Assembly: GCA_019113145.1 (NCBI GenBank)
Contig: DXHZ01000093.1
Span: forward strand, 14,670-78,669
Direction of reading: 5' to 3'
Origin: Candidatus Avanaerovorax faecigallinarum
GTDB taxonomy: Bacteria > Bacillota > Clostridia > Peptostreptococcales > Anaerovoracaceae
DNA length: 64,000 nt
Shown in pieces: positions 48,046 through 54,872 of the stretch (the first letter of the stretch is position 1; each line of letters begins with the position of its first letter). Below the pieces are notes generated by a model that searched no databases, was not told the origin of the DNA, and saw only the letters and a program-made list of their open reading frames with translations. Both the position numbers and the translations under genes were made by a program.

Positions 48046-48651
48046 TTAAATATATGATAAATCACTCATTCGCTTCATAAAACGTTTGCCATTTTCGTTC
48101 TCAGACATGAAAGATACTCCTCCGGGGCGGCCTGACATATCTATAGAATTCAGCGCTTCAACAGTCAATTTAAGAAACATCGCATTGAAAACACCTAATA
48201 AATCGCCATGTGATACAATAATTATTTTTTCATCTTTATTCATCATAATTTCATTAAAGAACGGAAACAGCCTATTCCATTCATCTCTTCGGCTTTCAGC
48301 ATCGGAAAACATTCTATCATCTATAGTATTTTCTTGAACTTCAATATGGTCACGAAGCCATTGAACCGATTTACCAACACATTTTCCTAAATTTCTTTCT
48401 CGTAATTCTGTCCGCAGAATTGGATCAATTCCCAAATAACTTCCAACAATTTCTGCCGTATGTTTTGCTCTTAATAAGTCGGAAGAATACATCACGAAAT
48501 TTTTACCTTTCAGTTCTTTTGATAAGTTCCGGCCTATATTACTTGCTTGCTTAATCCCAAAGCCTGATAAATCCCAATCCGTCCATGAGCCAACCATACC
48601 ATTAGTGTGATGAACAGACTGTGTGTGCTGAATAGTAATTATATTTTTCAT
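48046..48651 (-). CDS. Histidine phosphatase (phosphoglycerate mutase-like) family protein
   Basis: ITIQHTQSVHHTNG... (an RHG-like start with Q-H), YSSDLLRAKHTAEIV, and IVSHGDLL near the C-terminus. Confidence 0.75.
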   Translation of the reverse strand: MKNIITIQHTQSVHHTNGMVGSWTDWDLSGFGIKQASNIGRNLSKELKGKNFVMYSSDLLRAKHTAEIVGSYLGIDPILRTELRERNLGKCVGKSVQWLRDHIEVQENTIDDRMFSDAESRRDEWNRLFPFFNEIMMNKDEKIIIVSHGDLLGVFNAMFLKLTVEALNSIDMSGRPGGVSFMSENENGKRFMKRMSDLSYI

Positions 48652-48731
48652 AACACCTCTCCTTCAAATATCTGCCTTCTTGCAGGGCAGATTTGAGTGA
48701 TACCACAGCTTCATAACTGCATTAATTAATA

Positions 48732-48929
48732 TTATCTTCTTTCCCCGTTTTTATCAAAAGTCTTTCTCAAGGCTATTTCTGTCGGAAAAATAGATCCGAT
48801 TAGAAGTATAAGCTGCACGCCTAAGATAATTAAGCCTCCAATGCCGACACAGTTTATATTCCTGTTGATTACCAAAAGCATGAGTATGATTGTGAGTGGA
48901 AGCGTAATCACTCCGCAGGTATACCACAC
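48732..48929 (-). CDS. Small hydrophobic ORF (possible membrane peptide or gene remnant)
   Basis: 65 aa with two hydrophobic segments. No clear RBS was inspected. Confidence 0.25.
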   Translation of the reverse strand: MWYTCGVITLPLTIILMLLVINRNINCVGIGGLIILGVQLILLIGSIFPTEIALRKTFDKNGERR

Positions 48930-49011
48930 CTTATCGCACTATTCAAGCCAATTATAACACATAAAGAAAACCGCTTCCATCTTCGGGCTGCGGATTGAAA
49001 TTGAACTTACC

Positions 49012-49119
49012 TTGCGCACTGCTGAACGTTTTAGAAAAAATCATATTGCGCATCGTTGGCGTTTTTTGAAAATTTATCTTGCGCACTGTTTATATTTTTG
49101 ATAGAATATAAATTGCGTA
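49012..49119 (+). promoter_or_regulatory. Four phased TTGCGCA sites plus the promoter of the ATPase gene
   Basis: TTGCGCA at 49012, 49046 and 49079, and TTGCGTA at 49113, with spacing of 34, 33 and 34 bp. The third site doubles as a -35 (TTGCGC), 17 nt before TAGAAT (49102-49107). Confidence 0.5.
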
Positions 49120-49142
49120 TTAGCGGAAAGGGTGAGATTTCA

Positions 49143-50501
49143 ATGATTATAAAACGTAAAGTATATGACAAGCTTCTTAGCTGGAAAAATACGCACAAGG
49201 GAAAGAAGGCTGTTCTGATAGAGGGAGCCAGACGCATCGGAAAGTCGACGATAGCTGAAGAATTTGCACGTAATGAATATAGATCCTACATTCTGGTAGA
49301 CTTCAATCTCGCTTCAAAGAACGTGCGGAATCTGTTCGACGATCTCACCAATCTTGACATTTTCTTTCAGGCTTTGTCGCTGGAATATAATACGCGTCTT
49401 TACCGGAGAGAGAGCCTGATTATATTCGACGAAATCCAGAAGTTTCCCAAGGCACGTGAGGCGGTAAAGTACCTCGTGGCAGACGGACGCTACGACTACC
49501 TGGAAACAGGTTCGCTCATATCTATCCGGGAGAGCGTGGAGAACATCACTATTCCATCGGAGGAGCGGAAATTGAAGATGTATCCGCTGGACTTCGAGGA
49601 GTTTGCGGAATTCATGGGAGAAGAGATTCTGCTGGAGCATATAAGAGACTGCTGGGAGAAAAAAGTGCCCCTCGAAAGACCGATTCACGGCAGGGCGATG
49701 CGCCTTTTCAAGGAGTATATGCTCGTGGGCGGAATGCCTCAGGCTGTACTGGCGTATAAGGAAAACGACAGAGATTTTGCGGCGGCCGATATTGAGAAGA
49801 GAGACATTCTGGAACTGTACCGCGACGATATAAAAAAGTCGGCGAAGAGATATAGCTCCAAAGTATCGGCGGTATTTGAAAACATACCGGGATACCTGTC
49901 AAAGCATGAAAAAAAGATTGTGCTCAGCGAAATAGACAAAAACGGAACCTTCGATAAATATGACGAGCCGCTCTTCTGGCTGGATGATTCCATGATATGC
50001 AATCTCTGCTACAGGTGCAGTGATCCGAACGTAGGATTCGCACTTAACATGGAAAATTCATCCGTAAAATGCTACATGGGCGATACCGGACTTCTCGTAA
50101 GTCTTGCCTTTGGAGAAAACGAACTTGCAGAAAACAATCTGTATAAACAGATTATGGAGGGAAGACTTTCCATAAATCAGGGCATGCTTTACGAAAACGC
50201 CATAGCTCAGATGATTATTGCTAAAGGGAAGAAATTGTACTTTTACACCAGATACAACCGGGATAAGCACAGAAACGACATCGAAATAGACTTTCTTCTT
50301 TCCAATGACAGCAAAGTCAACTTCAAGATTATGCCGCTTGAGGTGAAATCATCGACCAATTACTCGGCATCGTCACTCGGCGAGTTCAGCAAGATGTACA
50401 AGAGGAGGATAAGCGAATCATACATTATTCACCCGAAAAACCTGTCAGTGACGGTAGAGGTTACCAAGATACCTCCATATATGTTTTTTGCGGCATTTTA
50501 A
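49143..50501 (+). CDS. AAA-family ATPase with DUF4143-type C-terminal domain
   Basis: MIIKRKVYDKLLSWK...AVLIEGARRIGKSTI (Walker A), IIFDEIQ (Walker B). The C-terminal region is typical of the AAA_14/DUF4143 architecture. Confidence 0.85.
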   Translation: MIIKRKVYDKLLSWKNTHKGKKAVLIEGARRIGKSTIAEEFARNEYRSYILVDFNLASKNVRNLFDDLTNLDIFFQALSLEYNTRLYRRESLIIFDEIQKFPKAREAVKYLVADGRYDYLETGSLISIRESVENITIPSEERKLKMYPLDFEEFAEFMGEEILLEHIRDCWEKKVPLERPIHGRAMRLFKEYMLVGGMPQAVLAYKENDRDFAAADIEKRDILELYRDDIKKSAKRYSSKVSAVFENIPGYLSKHEKKIVLSEIDKNGTFDKYDEPLFWLDDSMICNLCYRCSDPNVGFALNMENSSVKCYMGDTGLLVSLAFGENELAENNLYKQIMEGRLSINQGMLYENAIAQMIIAKGKKLYFYTRYNRDKHRNDIEIDFLLSNDSKVNFKIMPLEVKSSTNYSASSLGEFSKMYKRRISESYIIHPKNLSVTVEVTKIPPYMFFAAF

Positions 50502-50514
50502 AAGACGGGTGAGA

Positions 50515-50551
50515 CGGGCGGCAGCGCAGACCTTCTGGGACTGTGCCTGTT
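50515..50551 (+). repeat. 37-bp direct repeat, right copy (orphan citG 3' fragment)
   Basis: In frame it reads GGSADLLGLCLFSAAALRKLNVNLTESG-stop. The terminator at 50646-50671 follows it. Confidence 0.9.
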
Positions 50552-50645
50552 CTCGGCTGCGGCTTTACGAAAACTTAACGTAAATTTAACCGAATCGGGA
50601 TAGACAGTTTTCTGAATACATATGAATATTGTAGATAAACAGAAT

Positions 50646-50671
50646 AAAAGCGGGGATGACCCCGCTTTTTC
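50646..50671 (+). terminator. Rho-independent terminator (probably the ancestral citXG terminator)
   Basis: AAAAGCGGGG / CCCCGCTTTT with loop ATGA and a T-run. Confidence 0.7.
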
Positions 50672-50686
50672 TGTAATTCTTACGTA
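50659..50686 (+). promoter_or_regulatory. Sigma-I-type promoter candidate upstream of sigI-rsgI
   Basis: ACCCCG (50659-50664), N18, CGTA (50683-50686), followed by TTCTATA. It has the same bipartite motif and spacing as 52292-52319. Reported sigma-I promoters have a C-rich -35 and a CGWA -10. Confidence 0.45.
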
Positions 50687-50713
50687 TTCTATAGTAAAGA
50701 GGAGACCGTCGCC

Positions 50714-51439
50714 ATGAAGGACGAACACAGAATAGTCGAGCAGGTGAATGCTGCCAGAAAAGACAGAGCAGCTGCGGACAGTCTTATAAGAGAATATATG
50801 CCCTTTATAAAATCCGAAACGGCGCGATTCATGGGCAGACCTCCTGTGGAAGGAGAAGACGATGAGCTGAGCATAGCCATGATTGCCTTTCATGAGGCGA
50901 TAGTGTCATATTCTGCAGACAGAGGAGCTTTCCTGAAATTTGCGGCAATGATTATAAAAAGCAGGCTTATAGATTTTAGCAGAAAAGAGCAGAGGCATAA
51001 AACCGTAATATCACTGGATACTCCTTCTGACGACGAAGGAGGCACCATTGGAGAAACAATTGCCGACGAACGGGACTATCAGGACGAAGTGGTGACGAGA
51101 GAGGCGACTCGAAAAGAAATAGAGGAACTTACGGCTGAGATGGCAAAGTTCGGCGTAAGCCTTACCGATGTTGCGGAAAACTGCCCGAAGCAGGACAGAA
51201 CTCTTAACGCCTGTAAAAGGGCCCTTAAGTACGCCATAGATAATCATGAAATCATGAAGGATTTTCTCGCTTCGAGGAAGCTGCCCATAAGCAGTCTGGC
51301 GGCAGGGAGCGGCGTTGAGAAAAAAACTCTTGAAAGACACAGAAAGTATATGGTGGCCCTCATGCTGATTTATACTAACGGATTTGAGATAATAAGAGGT
51401 CATCTGAGACATATGGCTGAGGGGGTGAGTGCAAAATGA
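50714..51439 (+). CDS. sigI: RNA polymerase sigma-I factor
   Basis: The pattern DDELSIAMIAFHEAIVSYS...FAAMIIKSRLIDFSRKE...FGVSLTDVAENCPKQDRTLNA...KLPISSLAAGSGVEKKTLERHRKYMVALMLI parallels B. subtilis SigI. Confidence 0.82.
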   Translation: MKDEHRIVEQVNAARKDRAAADSLIREYMPFIKSETARFMGRPPVEGEDDELSIAMIAFHEAIVSYSADRGAFLKFAAMIIKSRLIDFSRKEQRHKTVISLDTPSDDEGGTIGETIADERDYQDEVVTREATRKEIEELTAEMAKFGVSLTDVAENCPKQDRTLNACKRALKYAIDNHEIMKDFLASRKLPISSLAAGSGVEKKTLERHRKYMVALMLIYTNGFEIIRGHLRHMAEGVSAK

Positions 51440-52278
51440 AATATCTGGTAATGGAGTGCCGCCCTGGCTGCGCGGTTCTGCTGGATGAAGAGGGACGCTT
51501 CCTGAAGGCTGTAAATCCCGGATATCAGGTGGGACAAAGGGTGAATAATCCACGACTTATGGAAGATAAGATTCGCAGGAAGACAGGGAAGTGGATTATA
51601 AGCGGTGCAGCAGCCGTAGCAGCCTGCTTTATAGCGGTATTCGGTATAAATTACTATAACGACTACATGAGCACGTACTCTACCATATATATGAACATAA
51701 ACCCGTCCGTCAGCATAGACCTTAACCACAGTGGGAATGTGGTAGGTCTGGACGGCGAAAATGAAGACGGAGATATCCTCATAGAAGGTTACGATTACCG
51801 CGGGAAAGAAAAAACCGAAGTAGCCGACGATCTGGTGGACAAGGCGATAGACATGGGATTTCTGTCTGAAGGGGGAACAGTGTCATTCTCTATAGATGCT
51901 CCGGAAGAAGCTTTGTTCAGAGAATATGGAACCGAGATGAGAAACGAGGTCAGCCACCATCTGGAAAATGTGATTACAGTAAATATAGAGGTTGTAAAAT
52001 ATTCAGATGTGGAGAAACAGGATTCGGAACCTGAGACTGAACCTGAGACTCAGCGGAAGGAACCGCAGCCTCAGCCTCAGTCACAGTCGCAGCCGCAGAC
52101 CCAGACGAAGCCTCAGACTCAGACGAAGCCGACAACACCGGTGACTCCTAAGCCGTCGGGAGATTCGGGATATGGCAATTCCGGATACACCTCTCAAGGA
52201 AACAGCGGATATGATGATGACTCGAGAAACAGTGATTATGATGACTCGGAAAATAGCGGGTACGATAACGATGACTAA
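51436..52278 (+). CDS. rsgI: Anti-sigma-I factor RsgI-like protein with Asn-Pro juxtamembrane domain and Q/P linker plus SGY(D/N)-rich tail
   Basis: ATGA overlap with sigI. The RsgI_N-like start is MKYLVMECRPGCAVLLDEEGRFLKAV. It has one TM helix. Extracytoplasmic segment is IYMNINPSVSIDL... The tail is GDSGYGNSGYTSQGNSGYDDDSRNSDYDDSENSGYDNDD. Confidence 0.75.
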   Translation: MKYLVMECRPGCAVLLDEEGRFLKAVNPGYQVGQRVNNPRLMEDKIRRKTGKWIISGAAAVAACFIAVFGINYYNDYMSTYSTIYMNINPSVSIDLNHSGNVVGLDGENEDGDILIEGYDYRGKEKTEVADDLVDKAIDMGFLSEGGTVSFSIDAPEEALFREYGTEMRNEVSHHLENVITVNIEVVKYSDVEKQDSEPETEPETQRKEPQPQPQSQSQPQTQTKPQTQTKPTTPVTPKPSGDSGYGNSGYTSQGNSGYDDDSRNSDYDDSENSGYDNDD

Positions 52279-52291
52279 AAAAACAACGGCA

Positions 52292-52319
52292 ACCCCGTTT
52301 TTCGAAAGAGCTTTACGTA
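52292..52319 (+). promoter_or_regulatory. Sigma-I-type promoter candidate upstream of the lipoprotein-VTC-DUF4956-CotH genes
   Basis: ACCCCG (52292-52297), N18, CGTA (52316-52319), followed by ATCTATA. The -35 again lies in the descending arm of a small hairpin (AACGG/CCGTT). Confidence 0.45.
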
Positions 52320-52371
52320 ATCTATATGTACAAGGCAAAACTACAGAAAAAAACAGAAAGGAACCCTGATC

Positions 52372-53463
52372 ATGAAAACGAGAAAAAAACTATTAACAGC
52401 GGTATCTTCCCTGGCTATAGCGGCTATGGTTCTTCTGACAGGATGCGGCGGAACTGCACAGAGCGAAGTGCCTGAAGTAAACGAAACGGGAGTTATCACA
52501 TTAAGCGTAAATCCTGAAATTAAAATTGAATATGACAAAGACGGACTGGTTACAGGAATAACTGGAGCGAATGACGATGGAAAGGCTATAGTAGAGGCAT
52601 ATCCGGACTACATAGGGAAAGAATGCAGAACCGTTCTGGCCGAACTGATTGCGGAGATTAACGAGGCCGGATATTTTGTAGACGATATCGATGGACACGA
52701 GAAGAACATAGTCATCCAGCTGGAGCCGGGTTCGATTATGCCGAGCGAGGATTTTCTCACAGTGATAAGTGACAGCACCAGGGAAGCCGTGAAGAATCTC
52801 AAGCTCGGATCAGGAATAGTAACTATCGACGATGACGATTACGATCAGTCTTATGCAAAAGAGGGGCAGCCTTCGAGATATATCACTCTTGCCAAGGCGC
52901 AGGAAATAGCCCTTGCTCAGGCAGGTGTAAGCGCTAAAGACGCAGTTTTCGAAGATAAGGAATTTGATCATGACGATGGAACCCCTGTGTTTGAGCTTGA
53001 GTTCAAGGCAGGAGGGGTGGAGTACGAATATGATGTACATGCGGTGACCGGAAAGGTTATAAAGGCGCAGCATGAAAAGATTAAGACCCCTTCATCTTCA
53101 GCAGGATCAGCCGCTTCTTCATCTTCCGCTCAGAAACCGGCAACATCGGGAGGAACGGGCGGAGCCGCGTATCAGGATACGGATTATGGCCCGGGAAATG
53201 ATGGCGTAACCGACTACAATAACACCGATTACGGCCCGAATAACGATGGCGTAACCGACTACCACTACACCGACTATAACAGCGGTAATTCTGCATCCGG
53301 CGGAGTCAGCTCCAATCATGGCGGAGGCGACTCCGGATATGACAACGGAGATTCCGGATACAATAATTCCGGCTACGGCAACACAGGCTATGACGACGGC
53401 AACACCGGTTATGACGATGGCGACTCCGGATACGACAACGGAGATTCCGGATATGACAACTAA
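52372..53463 (+). CDS. Lipoprotein with RsgI-like Asn-Pro domain, PepSY domain and Tyr/Asp/Gly-rich repeat tail
   Basis: LLTGC lipobox. VITLSVNPEIKIEYDKDGLVTGITGANDDGKAIVEAY aligns with the RsgI ectodomain. The PepSY-like segment is ITLAKAQEIALAQAGVSAKDAVFEDKEFDHDDGTPVFELEF...VHAVTGKVIK. The tail has TDYGPxNDGVTDY x2 and (DSGYDNG)n. Confidence 0.8.
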   Translation: MKTRKKLLTAVSSLAIAAMVLLTGCGGTAQSEVPEVNETGVITLSVNPEIKIEYDKDGLVTGITGANDDGKAIVEAYPDYIGKECRTVLAELIAEINEAGYFVDDIDGHEKNIVIQLEPGSIMPSEDFLTVISDSTREAVKNLKLGSGIVTIDDDDYDQSYAKEGQPSRYITLAKAQEIALAQAGVSAKDAVFEDKEFDHDDGTPVFELEFKAGGVEYEYDVHAVTGKVIKAQHEKIKTPSSSAGSAASSSSAQKPATSGGTGGAAYQDTDYGPGNDGVTDYNNTDYGPNNDGVTDYHYTDYNSGNSASGGVSSNHGGGDSGYDNGDSGYNNSGYGNTGYDDGNTGYDDGDSGYDNGDSGYDN

Positions 53464-54151
53464 CAATAATAACAGCACGAAACTGAGACATGAACTTAAG
53501 CACCGGATCAACCTGAGGGAAGATCTGGTGCTTTCCCAAAGGTTGAGAAAACTCTTTGAAAGAGACAGCCATTGCGGAACGGACGGCAGTTACCGTGTTA
53601 CCAGTCTGTATTTTGACACACCCTACGACGATGCGCTCCGGGATAAGCTAAGCGGAATCAGCAGAAGAGAGAAGTTCAGAATCAGGTACTATGGGGACAA
53701 TCCGACGTTTATAAAACTGGAAAAGAAATCGAAGATAAACGGGCTTTCGGAAAAGCTGAGCGTTGTCCTTAGACCGGATGAAGCGGAGAGAATACTGTCA
53801 GGAGATATAAGCTTCATGCTTGACAGCGGAAAGCATCTTCTGGAAGAACTCTACTCGAAGATGAACGGTGAAGGACTGGCGCCAAAGACGGTTGTCTCAT
53901 ACAGCCGGGAGGCTTTTGTATATGCGCCGGGGAACGTGAGAATCACGCTGGACAGAGATGTGAGAACAAGTCTGGGCTCGACGGACTTTCTGAATCCAGA
54001 CGTATTCAGAATGCCGGTGATGGATGGTATAACGGTGCTGGAAGTGAAATATGACAGATTTCTTCCGGAAATAGCAGCAATGGCGGTTCAGGTTCCGGGA
54101 AGAAGAGCATCTGCATGTTCGAAGTACGCCCTTTGCAGGCGGTTTGATTAA
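53453..54151 (+). CDS. VTC domain-containing protein (polyphosphate polymerase-like, CYTH/triphosphate tunnel fold)
   Basis: LRHELKHRINLREDLVLSQRLRKLF...GSYRVTSLYFDTPYDDALRDK...FRIRYY...LEKKSK is the bacterial VTC-domain pattern. Its ATG overlaps the lipoprotein gene by 11 nt. Confidence 0.85.
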   Translation: MTTNNNNSTKLRHELKHRINLREDLVLSQRLRKLFERDSHCGTDGSYRVTSLYFDTPYDDALRDKLSGISRREKFRIRYYGDNPTFIKLEKKSKINGLSEKLSVVLRPDEAERILSGDISFMLDSGKHLLEELYSKMNGEGLAPKTVVSYSREAFVYAPGNVRITLDRDVRTSLGSTDFLNPDVFRMPVMDGITVLEVKYDRFLPEIAAMAVQVPGRRASACSKYALCRRFD

Positions 54152-54172
54152 AAATTAAGGAGGAGGGCCGGT

Positions 54173-54844
54173 ATGACCTTTCGCGACATATTTAAATCGG
54201 GATTTATGGAGAATATGACTGCCGTATTGATGCTTGATATGGTAACGGCGCTTGCCCTGGCATTTCTTCTGGGTCTTTACATTTTCTTTATCTACAGGAA
54301 AACATACAGCGGCGTAATGTATTCTCCAGGATTTGGCGTGACGCTGATAGGACTTGCTCTCATAACGACCATGCTTATTATGACTGTAGCAAGTAATGTG
54401 GTTCTGTCCCTCGGTATGGTTGGAGCTCTTTCCATAGTGAGGTTTCGCGCTGCAATAAAAGAACCGGTGGACATACTGTTTCTCTTCTGGAGCATAGCGG
54501 TGGGAATAGTGCTGGCTGCAGGGCTCATCCCCCTTGCGGTTTTTGGAAGCATTTTCATAGGAATCGTGCTGCTTTTGTTCGCATCGAAAAAAACCCCGGA
54601 CACCCCGTACATTCTCATAATCCACTGTGAGGACGAGAGAAGGGAGACGGAGACCAAAGAATATGTAAAAAAACGGGTGAAGAAGATGAACCTGAAGAGC
54701 AAAAGCGTGTCTGACGGAATCATAGAGCTTAACTATGAGGTCAGGCTGATTGACGACGACAGCTCCTTCGTGAATAAGCTTCAGAAAACAGACGGAGTAT
54801 CACGGGTGGTTCTGGTGTCGTACAACGGAGATTACATGGTTTAA
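54173..54844 (+). CDS. DUF4956 domain-containing membrane protein
   Basis: It has 4-5 TM helices with GALSIVRFRAAIKEPVDILFLFW and a soluble ~75-aa C-terminal domain. It is a usual partner of VTC and CotH genes. Confidence 0.85.
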   Translation: MTFRDIFKSGFMENMTAVLMLDMVTALALAFLLGLYIFFIYRKTYSGVMYSPGFGVTLIGLALITTMLIMTVASNVVLSLGMVGALSIVRFRAAIKEPVDILFLFWSIAVGIVLAAGLIPLAVFGSIFIGIVLLLFASKKTPDTPYILIIHCEDERRETETKEYVKKRVKKMNLKSKSVSDGIIELNYEVRLIDDDSSFVNKLQKTDGVSRVVLVSYNGDYMV

Positions 54845-54872
54845 CGACTTCTGCAGGCGCAGGTGATGTAAA

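Larger units (their letters stand above)
47625..50514. mobile_element. ~2.9-kb inserted islet (hairpin-word array, histidine phosphatase, small membrane ORF, DUF4143-type ATPase) with no recombinase
   Basis: It is bounded by the 37-bp duplication of the citXG 3' end. The interior from about 47.96 to 49.14 kb is visibly AT-rich. An alternative citG C-terminal reading and a terminator lie just after the right repeat. Confidence 0.5.

Noticed and set aside
53318-53452. 5' extension of the VTC ORF into the lipoprotein tail
   Set aside because: It is an alternative frame of the repetitive GGATA(T/C)GAC tail-coding DNA. The VTC family N-terminus (LRHELKH) begins just after the ATG at 53453.
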